NCBI RefSeq assembly: GCF_000143415.4
Contig: NW_003314287.1
Span: 642,203 to 706,202, forward strand
Direction of reading: 5' to 3'
DNA: 64,000 nt
Source: Selaginella moellendorffii
Lineage: Eukaryota > Plantae > Lycopodiophyta
A program made the translations under genes and the position numbers. The notes under the pieces are model-generated. The model made no database searches, had not been told where the DNA came from, and worked only from the letters and a program-made list of their open reading frames with translations. Positions 49,890 through 62,460 of this stretch are shown here, piece by piece; within the stretch, counting starts at the first letter, position 1; each line of letters opens with the position of its first letter.

Positions 49890-51493
49890 ATTCCACAGCG
49901 GAGCTGAGGCCACCAGATCTGGCACGGATCGGTGGACTGGAGCCACCGCCAAGGCGACTGGAGTGGCGATTTTGGCAGCAGTGGCGACGATCTACTCGAC
50001 CTGGAAGAGCGAGGTGAGGTCTTTTCTTGTAGCATTCTGCTGCTCATCGGTTTCTTGTGGATTCTGGAAAGACCGCTCGTAGCGACGCTGGGGATTTTGG
50101 TTCGTGCTTTGCTTTTTGCTCAAAAGTTCTAGGTTTTAGTTGTGGATTGTCCGTCCAGCATTGGATCCGAACGAATGGTGAAAGTTTCGACTCTTAGAAG
50201 CGAAGCCTGTGACTCACAACACGAGACGTTACAGGCAAGAGGAAAGAAAAAATGGAAAACAAGATGATGTGCTGATGTTCTTTGTCATCCAGGTTTGCCT
50301 TGGATGACGATGCGCAACGTTGCTTCGTGCCTCTTGACAAAGTAACGGAGCTTCCAAACCTCATGACGAAGATATGTGAATTTTTCTTTGCTTTGCAGGG
50401 CTGCTATGGGTACAAAAAAGGATGGGAAGCCAAATGTGATCATCAGACCATATGTAAAATTGTCTTACGCTTGGAATCACTGTAACTCATGCTTCGTGCT
50501 GACAGATATACGCCCATAAGTGATCCGTACGTTCGTGGTCACTTTGATTTACTTGTCAAGGTATTGCTTTCAGCGTTTGCGTGCTTTCTCAGCTGACGAT
50601 GGAAAAAATATTTCTTTTGTAGACTTACCCGCAAGAAAAAATGAGCAAATATTTTGCCGCTCTTCGGCCCGGAGACACTTTGGAAATGAAAAGGTGCGTG
50701 TAGTTTACTACATTTCTTTCCGTCTGTAGTTTTACAAGGAAGATCCACAGCAAGCTCCCATACAGCGCCAACATGAAAGCACGTACTGGGATGGTATATC
50801 TTTGAGTTCTCTGCGTCACTTTACTGTCGTTTAGATTGCAGGAGGTACCGGGATCACACCGATGTTTCAAGTGCTTAACGAGATCTTAAAAAATCCAGAA
50901 GATAAAACACAGGTTTGTCTCCAGGAAAAACGTGTCCTCGTAATGTTTCTGCGGCGTTTCCTCCGATCAGGTCTCGTTGATCTATGCCAACTTGACCCCG
51001 GACGACATTCTACTCAAGAACGAGCTCGACAAACTCGCTGAAAAGCATCCAAACTTCAAGGGCCTGTTTGAGACTATCGGACTTCCACTCTGGCGTTTCC
51101 AAGGAAAACTGACGCATGTTTACAGGTTTTCTATGTTGTCGATAAGCCAACGCGTTACTGGGGAGGAGGATCCGGCTTCATCACGAAAGACATCCTGGTG
51201 AAGGGACTACCACCTCCTTCGGACGGCAATCTCATCATGGTTTGAAGCTTATTTGCTGCTCGTTGTTACTTAGTTCCCATTGACACAATTTCCAACAGGT
51301 GTGCGGGCCTCCAGGCCTCATGAACCACATCTCCGGCGATAAAGCACCAGACAAATCACAAGGACAAGTAAGCATTTTACAGAGATATCTATTCCAACGG
51401 GCGAGCTTCCCTGATTCCACTCTTCCTTCTCAACAGTTGACAGGTCTCTTGAAGAGCATGGGTTACACCGAAGACCAAGTGTACAAGTTCTAG
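49890..51493 (+). pseudogene. Cytochrome b5 reductase copy E lacking start and promoter
   Basis: ATG deleted, CGA>TGA near 50178, several small deletions, a donor GT>GG near 51061. Confidence 0.82.
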
Positions 51494-51631
51494 GCATTCT
51501 TGGACAAGAACAACACAATACAATACAAAGCTCTTTAAAGTCATGAGAGCCGTAGATCAAGGTCCCCTGAGACGCACTGGCTTATTCCGTGGAGTCATGC
51601 CGTGTGCTTATGGAGTCGCAGCGTGATGATC

Positions 51632-52545
51632 TTACCCTCCTGAACGAATGAAAAGAAGAGCGTTTGCACAGAAAAGAGTGGAAAGTCTATACTGTAGCAC
51701 CTGATGCCTTGGGACTGGCCTTCGGAGTTGGATTTGGAGCGGGGCTGGTCCGTGGAGGTGATGGGCTTGGAGCGGGGCTGGTCTTTGGAGGAGTTGGACT
51801 TGGAGTGGGGGTGGTCTTTGAAGGTGATGGGCTTGGAGCGGGGCTGGTCTTTGGAAGAGTTGGAATTGGAACGGGACTGGTCTTTGGAGGAGTTGGACTT
51901 GGAGCGGGGCTGGTCTTTGGAGAAGGGCTTGGTGTTGGGCTCGTCTTTGGAGATGGGCTGGGTGTTGGGCTGGTCTTTGGAGATGGACTCGCCTTTGGGC
52001 TTGAACTGGGACTTTCCGTGCATCCTGTTAACAGCAAAACTCTATCAAGTTCATGGTACAAATCGTGGAAGCATGAAGAGTTGGCCAGACAAACCTGGTG
52101 GGGGCGGTCCTGACAGAAACATGAAACAAAAATAAAACAGTGAAGCCTGAAAAACCATAGAAAAGAAAGCAGAAGTTGGTATGTATATGGCACCTGCTTC
52201 AAATTTACGTAAAAAGTTTCAGTACGTGATATTAATCTTGCTGTTAAATTCAAGAGTTTCACCTGGGCATGGCGGCGTACCACGGAGCCAGCACCTGGAG
52301 CAGCAAAACCAAATCAAAGGCTATAGTAGCACAAACTTGAATTTGAACTTTCACCTGCATCGATCTTGTACTGCAACAACAAGAAGCAAAGAAAAGATGT
52401 TGGCAAGAGTCCCATAGAAGACCATGTCAAATGCATCAAAAGAACCTTGGTTTGCTTGACGAACAACAAACTCAGCAGCTCCATCATCCCCGAGACTGCA
52501 AACCACAAGACATGAAATCACCAACGCCACAAAGACGGCCTTCAT
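51632..52545 (-). CDS. Secreted Cys/Pro-rich micro-exon gene, copy 6 (near-identical to copy 4)
   Basis: Same exon structure and 8 repeat units as copy 4. Confidence 0.7.
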
Positions 52546-53033
52546 CTTGTAGAGACACTGGATGGCTGGCTGAGAGGCAATGCAGGGGGTAAAATGCGAA
52601 TGCATATGCAGGGCCCTGAAGGGGGAATTTATTTCGAACTACCGGGCAGAATCTCTTTTTTTTTTTCCCAAGGAATTGACAAGGGAGCCCTTCCAAATCT
52701 TAGCTGGGTGGTGACAATAGACACAAGTTTTGCCAGGTTTACGAACAAAGTGATATGACCTAAAGCGCATGTGATAGTTGTCGTTTTTCCCAAAGAATTG
52801 ACGAAAGAGAATTGTCTGAGGTGATTCCAAATCTTAGGTGGGTGGCAACAATAGACAAGGTATCCATACTACAATCTGACAATGGATACCTTCGTCCATG
52901 AATACCTTACAAGACGAAGCAAGTTCTGCCAGGTTTACGAACAAGGTGATATGACCTAAAGCGCATACAGTGATAGTTGTCTTGCCTATTTTATAGACAA
53001 TGATTTGGATGTGCAAAGAAACCGGTCCAGAGA

Positions 53034-54185
53034 CTAAATTGCAAGAAATTTTAAGCGAAGTATGTGCTCTGCAGCTCGTTTGCCACGAGCCACATCTCGA
53101 TGGAGCCTGCAAGCGCTCATCAGAGTTGTCCATGCCACCACGTCTGGAAGAAATGGCATGGACTGGATGAGATTCTCGGTCTCCTCCAGCCGCTTAGCCC
53201 GCCCAAGCAGATCAACCATGCACCTGTAGTGATGGGTCGATCCCAAAGTCTGATTGGATCGACAGGAAGTGTTCTCGAGCATCAGTGATCTTCCCCGCGT
53301 GGCTGCAACCGCTCAGGATTGCGATAAAAGTGATCTCGTCCGGTGAAATCCCTTCGAGATTCATGGCCTGAAACGCATTAATCACATCTTGCATATGGCC
53401 GTTTCTGGCAAGTACTGCGATCAAGGCCGTCCACGACCGCTGGTCTTTCCATGGCATATTTTCGAACACTTCAGCTTACATTACCATTTACGGAAAATGC
53501 AACCATCATTGTAGTATTGTGCACCAGAATTCTGTCAAATATACTCTTCTCTTGCACAAGACACCCATTAAGGGCATAGACTGAGATCATAGCGTTCCAG
53601 GCCACTACGTCGTGCAAGGGCATTCGATCGAAGGCTTGAATTGATTCGTCAAATTCACCACAATCGCCATAGCCAGTCAGAAGAACACACCATGCAGGGT
53701 GATCGCGGAAAGGCATCGAGAGGAACATTCTCTTCGCATCTGTTTGATACCCATCCTATGCACAGGCTGACATTACGGTGTTCCATGCCACGACATTCCA
53801 ACTCGGCATTCTATCCAGGCCTCTTTTGCTTTGAAGGTTTGCGTTGCAGTAATAAGTCCACCAGCTAGAGCATTCAAGGATCTTTCTGCTCCACAAGAGA
53901 AAACAATCTCCGAGATTTCCAACTCCGGCATTTGCAGAAATCATGCAAGTCCAAGTTACAACATTGGTCTCGGGCGTCAACTCAAAGATTATCTTTGACT
54001 CAGTTACCTGACCCACATGCGCCAAGACCTGTATCATTGCGTTACTAGACAGAATATCCCACTGTGGCATCCGATCAAAGAGTATCATTTCTTCCTGAGT
54101 ATCCCCTGTTTAGGCATATACTGTAATCATAGTATTCCAAGTAATGACATGCTTTTGAGGCATGTTAAGAAACACAGAAGTAGAT
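53034..54185 (-). pseudogene. PLS-class PPR pseudogene
   Basis: Near-identical to 38265-39415. Confidence 0.85.
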
Positions 54186-54239
54186 TCATTTAAGCAAAAA
54201 TTAGATGCTCAAGATGACTAGGGCTTTTGACCCTTGCAA

Positions 54240-54870
54240 TTCAATACCTGAAGATCAAAGCAAGAATGAAAGTGAAGGCTGAAATCCTATTCTACATGGT
54301 TGAGGTAAATATTGGTGTTGTATACTTAAGCCCTTGTAAGTAGCATAGCTTACTTACATAAACTCTGTAAGATTGAATATAGTTCTTCCTCTCTAAATTG
54401 TTTCAAATGTTAAAACATTGACAAAACTTACTTGAACACAGCGAGGAAGATTGTTGCAAATAACATAGGAAAAATGAGATTTTGTTTTCTCTTCTTGGAA
54501 GAAAACAAAAGAAATCCACTAGTGAGTAATATGAACTTAGCAATGCAGAAAGAATGTCACAAACTTTGAGTAATATGAACTTAGCAATGCAGAAAGAATG
54601 TCACAAACTTTTCCACAAAGGAAGAGAGAAATCTCAAAACCAGGAAGCCAAGGCAATTTTTATACATGAATCATAGAACTACCCTTGCCAAAGCAAGACT
54701 TTGTAGCTTGCAAAACCTGCTTGGGCAACAATGAGAACCACATGAAATCTAAGCCGGGAAGAAGGTAATGAGATTGGTTGCTCATCATCAAATAATCTAA
54801 TATTATTAGCAGTAGCTATAGGTGGAAGAGGTAATGGAACATATATCTCTTCTAAATCAATAGCAACATT
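54240..54870 (-). pseudogene. WAT1/UMAMIT 5' fragment
   Basis: Near-identical to 39470-40100. Confidence 0.8.
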
Positions 54871-55049
54871 AGAACAAGTACAACTCAAATATATAACCTC
54901 AGAGATTTATAAAGGTATAAGAAAAGGAAAGATGGGCAAATAGAGCACATGAATCAGGTGTTAGTATTGATAGCAACATCAAAATAAATACAACTCAAAT
55001 CATTATATATAATCTCATAGATTGACAAAAGTATAAGAAAAGAAAAGAT

Positions 55050-55370
55050 AGCTAAACACACCATATGAATTAACTATTGGAAACTGTGTTGAGCTCTTTT
55101 GTGGGAAACATGATTTAACAAAGAGTATAGAAAAAGTACTTGCCTTTGCTTTAGTTTACTCACAACTTTTGTGAGTTTTAGTTTGGCTTTAGTTTGGGTG
55201 TTTTATGCTTGTGATTTTTTAGAGGATATGCAAGACAAGCTTAAATGGGCAAAGTTGAACATGAGGCACGTTCAAAATAAAGAAAAAAAATTGGCTAATG
55301 AACATTATCATCATCAAGAGCACAAAATTAGTGACAAAGTTTTCCTTAAACTGTCGGATGCACAATGTTC
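55050..55370 (+). mobile_element. Ty3/gypsy integrase C-terminal fragment
   Basis: Duplicate of 40280-40600. Confidence 0.6.
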
Positions 55371-55428
55371 TTTGAAAGGAGGTGGTAGTGATCAATCAGA
55401 CATTGAAGAAGGTATAGATATTGTTCAG

Positions 55429-56053
55429 ATTGCAGGAGGTACCAAGATCACACTGATGTTCCAAGTGCTTAATGAGATCTTATAAAATCCAGAAGATAAA
55501 ACACAGGATTGTCTCCAGGAAAAATGTGTCCTCATAATGTTTCTGCAGCATTTCCTCTGATCAGGTCTCGTTGATCTATGCCAACTTGACACTGGACGAC
55601 ATTCTACTCAAGAACGAGCTCAACAAACTTGCTGAAAACATCCAAACTTCAAGGTCCTGTTTGAGACTATCAGACTTCTTGTGTTTCCAAGGAAAACTGA
55701 TGCATGTTTACAGGTTTTCTATGTTGCCGATAAGCCAATGCGACCGCCTTCATCACGAAAGACCTGGTGAAGGGACTACCACCTCCTTCAGACGGCAATC
55801 TCATCATGGTTTGAAGCTCATTCGCTGCTCGTTACTTAGTTCCCCATTGACACCATTTCCAACAGGTGTGCAGGCCTCCAGCCCTCATGAGCCACATCTC
55901 TGGCGATAAAGCACCAGACAAATCACAAGGACAAGTAACCATTTTACAGAGATATCTATTCCAACACGCGAACTTCCCTGATTCCACTCTTCTTTCTCAA
56001 CAGTTGACAGGTCTCTTGAAGAGCATGGGTTAGACCAAGTGTACAAGTTCTAG
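55429..56053 (+). pseudogene. Cytochrome b5 reductase 3' fragment F
   Basis: Duplicate of 40659-41284. Confidence 0.8.
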
Positions 56054-56155
56054 GCATTCTTGGACAAGAACAACACAATACAATACAAAGCTCTTTAAAG
56101 TCATGAGAGGTCCCCTGAGACGCACTGGCTTATTCCGTGGAGTCATGCCGTGTGC

Positions 56156-57215
56156 TTATGGAGTCGCAGCGTGATGATCTTTCCCTCCTGAACGAATGAA
56201 AAGAAGAGCGTTTGCACAGAAAAGAGTGGAAAGTCTATACTGTAGCACCTGATGCCTTGGGACTGGCCTTCGGAGTTGGGCTTGGAGCGGGGCTGGTCTT
56301 TGGAGGAGATGGGCTTGGAGCGGGGGTGGTCTTTGGAGCAGATGGGCTTGGAGCGGGGCTGGTCTTTGGAGATGGGCTTGGTGTTGGGCTTGAACTGGGA
56401 CTTTCCGTGCATCCTGTTAACAGCAAAACTCTATCAAGTTCATGGTACAAATCGTGGAAGCATGAAAAGTTGGCCAGACAAACCTGGTGGGGATGGTCCT
56501 GGCAGAAACATGAAACAAAAATAAAACAGTTAAGCCTGAAAAACCATAGAAAAGAAAGCAACTACCTCTTCCAAATCAAAAAGGGAAGGGATTTACCGTC
56601 AACTAGCATTGTAGCTCCCATCACTATGCCAGCCCTGACCAAGGAAAAGGAAGAGATGCACCTTGAAGCATCTTGCCAACTGCTATATTTGATCCTGCCC
56701 TCGCCCCTGCCAAGAATAAACAAGGTTAATATGCATCAAATGCCCTGCTCACCACTATCCTATAGCAGTGTCCAGCATTGCCCAAGTATCATGCTGCTGC
56801 AATGGGAAACTTAACTTGCTTTTTAGCATTGCCCTAGCACAGAAGTTGGTATGTATATGGCACCTGCTTCAAATTTACGTAAAAAGTTTCAGTACGTGAT
56901 ATTAATCTTGCTGTTAAATTCAAGAGTTTCACCTGGGCATCTCGACGTACCACGGAGCCAACACCTGGAGCAGCAAAACCAAATCAAAGGCTATAGTAGC
57001 ACAAACTTGAATTTGAACTTTCACCTGCATCGATCTTGTACTGCAACAACAAGAAGCAAAGAAAAGATGTTGGCAAGAGTCCCATAGAACACCATGTCAA
57101 ATGCATCAAAAGAACCTTGGTTTGCTTGACGAACAACAAACTCAGCAGCTCCATCATCCCCGAGACTGCAAACCACAAGACATGAAATCACGAACGCCAC
57201 AAAGACGGCCTTCAT
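56156..57215 (-). CDS. Secreted Cys/Pro-rich micro-exon gene, copy 7 (~280-bp intronic insertion)
   Basis: Signal peptide, exon 3 CWLRGTSRCP, 15-nt exon GPSPP, 3 repeat units, GGKDHHAATP*. Confidence 0.68.
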
Positions 57216-57529
57216 CTTGTAGAGACACTGGATGGCTGGTTGAGAGGCAATGTAGGAGGTAAATGCGAATGCATATGCAGTGCCCCGAAGCCGGAATTTA
57301 TTTCGAACCAAGGCTAGCAAACAAAGCCACTGGAATCACAATGTACCGGGCAGAATCTCAGTTTTTGTTATTTATCCAAAGAATTGACAAGGGAGAACGT
57401 GAAAGAGAATTGTTTGAGGTGGAGTGTCCCGTCCAAATCTTAGCTGGGTGGGAACAATAGACACAAGTTCTGCCAGGTGTACGAACAAGGTGATATGACC
57501 TAAAGCGCATAATAGTTGTCTAGCCTATT

Positions 57530-58143
57530 TTATAGGATGGCAAAGAAACCGATCGAGAGACTAAATTGCAAGAAATTTGTTAAAGCGAAGTATGTGCTCT
57601 GCAGTCGTTTGCCACGAGTCACATCCAACAGAGTTGTCCATGCCACCGCATCTGGAAGAAATGGCATGGACTGGATGAGATTCTCGGCCTCCTCCAGCCG
57701 CTTAGCCCGCCCAAGCAGATCAACCATGCACCTGTAGTGATGGGTCGATCCCAAAGTCTGATTGGATCGACAGGAAGTGTTCTCAAGCATCAGTGATCTT
57801 CCCCAGGTGGCTGCAACCGCTCAGGATTGCGATAAAAGTGATCTCGTCCAGTGAAATCCCTTCGAGACTCATGGCCTGAAACGCTTTAATCGCATCTTGC
57901 ATTAGGCATCAAGGCCGTCCACGACCACTAGTCTTTCCATGGCATATTTTCAAACACTTCACAGGCGCAGCTTACATTACCATTTACAGAAAATGCAACC
58001 ATCATTGTAGTGCATGATGAAAGATTGTGCTCCAGAATTCTGTTAAATATACTCTTCTCTTGCACAAGACACCCATTAAGGGCAACTGAGATTATAGCAT
58101 TCCAGGACACTATGTTGTGCAAGGGCATTCAATTGAAGGCTTG
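57530..58143 (-). pseudogene. PPR fragment
   Basis: [25 protein letters not shown], frameshifted. Confidence 0.8.
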
Positions 58144-58148
58144 AGATT

Positions 58149-58887
58149 GAAATGCTTATCTATTGCCATGTTTACATCCAGTGAAAGGGATGTGATATGG
58201 GATAAACTTTTAACTTATAGGAGAATAAGAACTTGATTGATGCTAAGTCTGATTGCATTAGAAAAGGACTTGTATGTTGGTGAGAGTATTATAGTTATGA
58301 AATTCTAGCACTTCAGAAGTTGGCCATTCAAGTTCTAAGTCAAGCATGCTCATCATCCTTAGTGGAAAGATTGTTTAGCACTTTCGAGGATATGTCTTCA
58401 AAGAAGAAAAATAAACTTACTATGGACAAGACAGAGGTTGTTAATCTGTAATTTGTCATAGATTGTGACTATGACAAATTTGTGAGCTACAATGTACTAG
58501 AGATAGTTCCTTATCTAGAAGACAAACTTAAGTTAGGAGAGGAAGAGGAAGAAAAAGAAAAAGATGGAGATGATATCAAAGATTATGAGGTTGAAGATAA
58601 CAATGATTTGTTTGACAAAGAAAGCTCACTTCTTCCTAGTAAAGACAACAATTAAAACTATTAAACTTGCTTAGTTGTTTGTAAATTAGTTATTTAGTCT
58701 ATATAGTTTGTTGCGTGGATTTTTGAGTAGTTTATTTATAATAAAAAGTAGCATATTCCTAAAATTAAAAAGAGAATATTCTTAGAATATCCACTAGAAT
58801 ATTCATGAGCTATTGATCATGTTCTATAGTCAGGTTCCTGAAATCTAAAGCTCATGTTTATGTTCTATATTCGTGTTCATAACTATG
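58149..58887 (+). mobile_element. hAT 3' remnant, second copy
   Basis: Duplicate of 42898-43616, ends ...CATAACTATG. Confidence 0.65.
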
Positions 58888-61800
58888 ATATCAATTATAA
58901 ACACTATTGTGAGCAAAATGGAGCAAAAGCAAATACTTCTCCCATACTTTTTGTCGAGTCAAGTTTCTTATAAAAAACCTTAATACATCTTTTAACAACT
59001 GATTCATGCACTTTATCTACAAATCTAAATGTGAATGCTCACCACTACTCATGCTTAACTTAATCTTTAACTTCTCAAATGTCATTGCCAAAACTTAAAC
59101 ATGAACTTAGGATCCCGATCAATCACAATCTACAATCTACAACTACCAAAATAATATTATTTCCTTGAAAAGTCTTGGGCAAACTAGTGGTAAATTATAT
59201 TGAGATGTTATCCCAATCATTTTCAAGTATATATAGAGGATGATAGAGGCCAACAAACTTATGATGATCAACTTTGACCACTTGCCAAGTCAAACAACCA
59301 TATACATGGTTTTCAACATCTAACTTTATCCTAGGCAAAACAAAATGCCTATACGTCCTTAGTACCTGTAGATGCCTAGCATTTATCACCTAAAATCTTT
59401 TTAATGAGTTTATCAATATGAGGAATCACTAAATGTCCCTTATTTACCAAGATTTCATTTCATATCTTGAATGATATAACCTTATCACCCTTTAAATATA
59501 TAGAGGTATCCCTCAATAAAACCTTCATATTAATATTAGTGATGAAGAAGTTGAAGTCAATAAACTCTTTAAACTCATCTAAGAGATTGCTAGATAACTT
59601 CATAAATGTCATTATCTTGAATAATGCATTAGCCATCTTATTGTCATCACCAAACTTGTACCAGATTTTCACAAACATGTCCTATAGGAACTCTTGCCAA
59701 CCAGTAAAGTGGTCTTAAATATCCTTTTGATGACTAAAATATTGGAGAGATTGATGGTTTAGATCTACATAGAAGTCTGATCTATATAGATAATATTGCC
59801 ATTCATTCACAATAGCAATCATAGTAAACAATGCCTTATCTCGAGTAGGCCAATTTTATTGTGTGGCATCAAACTTAGATTATGTATTATCAAAGGTATA
59901 GACCAATCAATCATGACTTGGATCTTTGTAAGATCATCTTTTATACCATACACTGAAATCAAATGTCTAAGATATCTAATTTCCTCCAAGAAAAACTCAC
60001 ACTTGGATAACTTTGAGTATAGCTTGTTGTTGCTCAAAAGATGTAAAACACTTCACACATGCATCTCATGTTCTATTGTAGAGTTGAACACTAAGATATT
60101 AAAGTAGTCAATCACAAATTTCCCCAAATAAGGTTGTAAAACTTAATTTATCAACCTTTGAAAAGTTGTAGGAGCATTTGTCAGACCAAATGGATTTGAT
60201 AATACCCTTGCTTCAAATCAATCTTTATAAAATATTGAGCACCATAAAGACAATTGAGCAAATCATCAATATGAAGCATATTCTTTCACCGTTCTATCAT
60301 TTAATCTTTTAACCATTCTAGTTCATATAGAAAAGCCATGTACTCTTTCTTTTTGACCATCACCACTGAAGCAGTGTAAGGAGACTTGCTTATCCATAAC
60401 CACCTCTTTTGAAGGTACTCAGAAAGTTGCCTATTGATTTCATGTTCAAAAGGACTAAGAAGAGTCAATTTTTGGTGATAAGGAGTAACTCCAGGAGCTA
60501 AGTCAATCTCATGCTAAGTTAGATGGGGCAAACCATTAGGCAATTCATCTGGAAATACATTATGGAACTCCTTTTAAATGCAATTCATACGAGCCCTATG
60601 CTTACAAATGTACTCCAAATCAAAGTCTGAGATCGAGTATGAGATCGAGTCCAAGACCGAGTCTGAGATCGAGTCCAAGACCAACTCTGAGACTAAGTTC
60701 GAGATAGAGTTTGGGATCGATTCCAAGGCCAACTCCGAGACTGAGTTCGAGACCGAGTTCGAGACAGAGTCCAAGATCCGAGATCGGGTCTGAGACCAAG
60801 TCCGAGGTTGAGTCCGAAGTCGAGCCTGAGATCGGGTCCGAGGTTGAGTTCGAGACCGAGTCCGAAGTCGGGTCCAAGATCGAGTCCGAGATCGAGTCCG
60901 AGTACTAATACAAGTCGAGCATGTGTCTCCCGGGGGGGGGGGAGGCTCTAGGGGGTTCCAAAAGTATAGTAGGGATAGTGAGATCCAGGAACCAGTCTTG
61001 AAGGAACTCTCTAGTGGTGCTTCCAAACTGACTTGAGGTTGAAATTGGGACTCGGGTGGTGCCGGATGGGCCACCCAAGGAAGTGCTTAAGAGCAGCTCG
61101 CACTCCCAGAAGGGAAACCGACTATAGTGCTCTCGGCTCATGTGGAGTGGTGCCCCACTTGAGTACCTTGTGGCTCATTGGTCCTCACCCTTCCTAGGGG
61201 CTTGGGTCTTCCCTTCGGGATGGAAGTGGGGGGGGGGTAAAGGTACCCATACTGGGCAATTAGGCCACAGTGTTTCGCCCTGGTGTCCCGAAGCAAATGT
61301 TGCACCGAAGGCTTGGGATTTACAGGGTCCCATGATTAAATCTTGTTGTACTAAGGGATGTTAGAAACCTAGAGGCTTAGTGTGCTTGGCTGCTTGTGCT
61401 TGTGGGGAGTATAGCCGAACTTTAAGTCCGATCTAACCTGGGGAGGGGGATTGGGAGAGATTTGGGAATCTATGAATGGATGTTTAACGCTCCATTGCTC
61501 GTGCAATGAGTAGTTGAAACCAAGTAGGACCAAGTAGGAGCTGGTACAATATGTGAGAACCTTGGCGAGGGAACTTAGCTAAAAGCCAAGGCAGTGTTGG
61601 TTGGATAGACAAGGTAAGCTGGCAAATTGGAAAGAAAAAATTTGTGACTTATAACTTCCTCACCATGTGACCATATCTTTAGTCACTACACAAGAGGATT
61701 GCTCCTCTTCCTTTCCATAGTTTGAGACATTTCAAAACACCATAGCCCTATGCAAGCCTTATGAGTACTCTTTATAGCTTCTACCCTTATGTGCCCAAGC

Positions 61801-62460
61801 CATGTGGCTAGAGTGAGGTTCTGATAAGCCACATTAGGTATTTAAATAGGTAATGCCACCTACATTTGAATTAGGAGCATTGACTATTCGATTTCTTGCT
61901 AGAGCTAACTCTTAAACACTTCACTAAGTTATCCCATTTATCCATTTGCATTCATTCTAGCCTTGAACTCCTCAATGGTTATATCATCACCCACCACATG
62001 GGTATAACTTTCCTTGATCACACTGCCCTTTTTTGGCCAAATTAGTTCCACTAAAGTCTTTCCCTCTACTATCCTTTTGGAGCTCACCAAACCCCTCAGG
62101 GTTTGAGAAATTATTGCTTTTGGCTTTCACCTTCAAACTCGGACTTGGACTCAAATTTAGACTCGGACTTGGACTCAAACTTGGTCTTAGTCTCAATCTC
62201 GGTCTTGGTCTTAGTCTTAATTCTAGTTTTGGTCCCCATCTCAAATTCCTTCTCAAATTTCATTTTAGACTCCATTTCAGACTCCTTCTCGGACTCCATC
62301 TTTCCTTAAGCATTTTATTTGGAGTTTCACTCCTGCTCTTGACTTTTCGAGTTAGAACTTTTGGTCTAAATATATTACACTTGTTAAACTTCCACTTCGA
62401 ATATTACTATATGGCACCTTTTCGGCTCCACTCTAGGGCTTAGGGATTTGTGTCTCACAA
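58888..62460 (-). mobile_element. Degenerate Ty3/gypsy internal region, second copy
   Basis: Duplicate of 43617-47520, with RT and integrase motifs. Confidence 0.85.
60620..60905. repeat. 6/12-bp tandem repeat in the retroelement, shorter allele
   Basis: GAGTCCGAGATC-like units. Confidence 0.9.
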
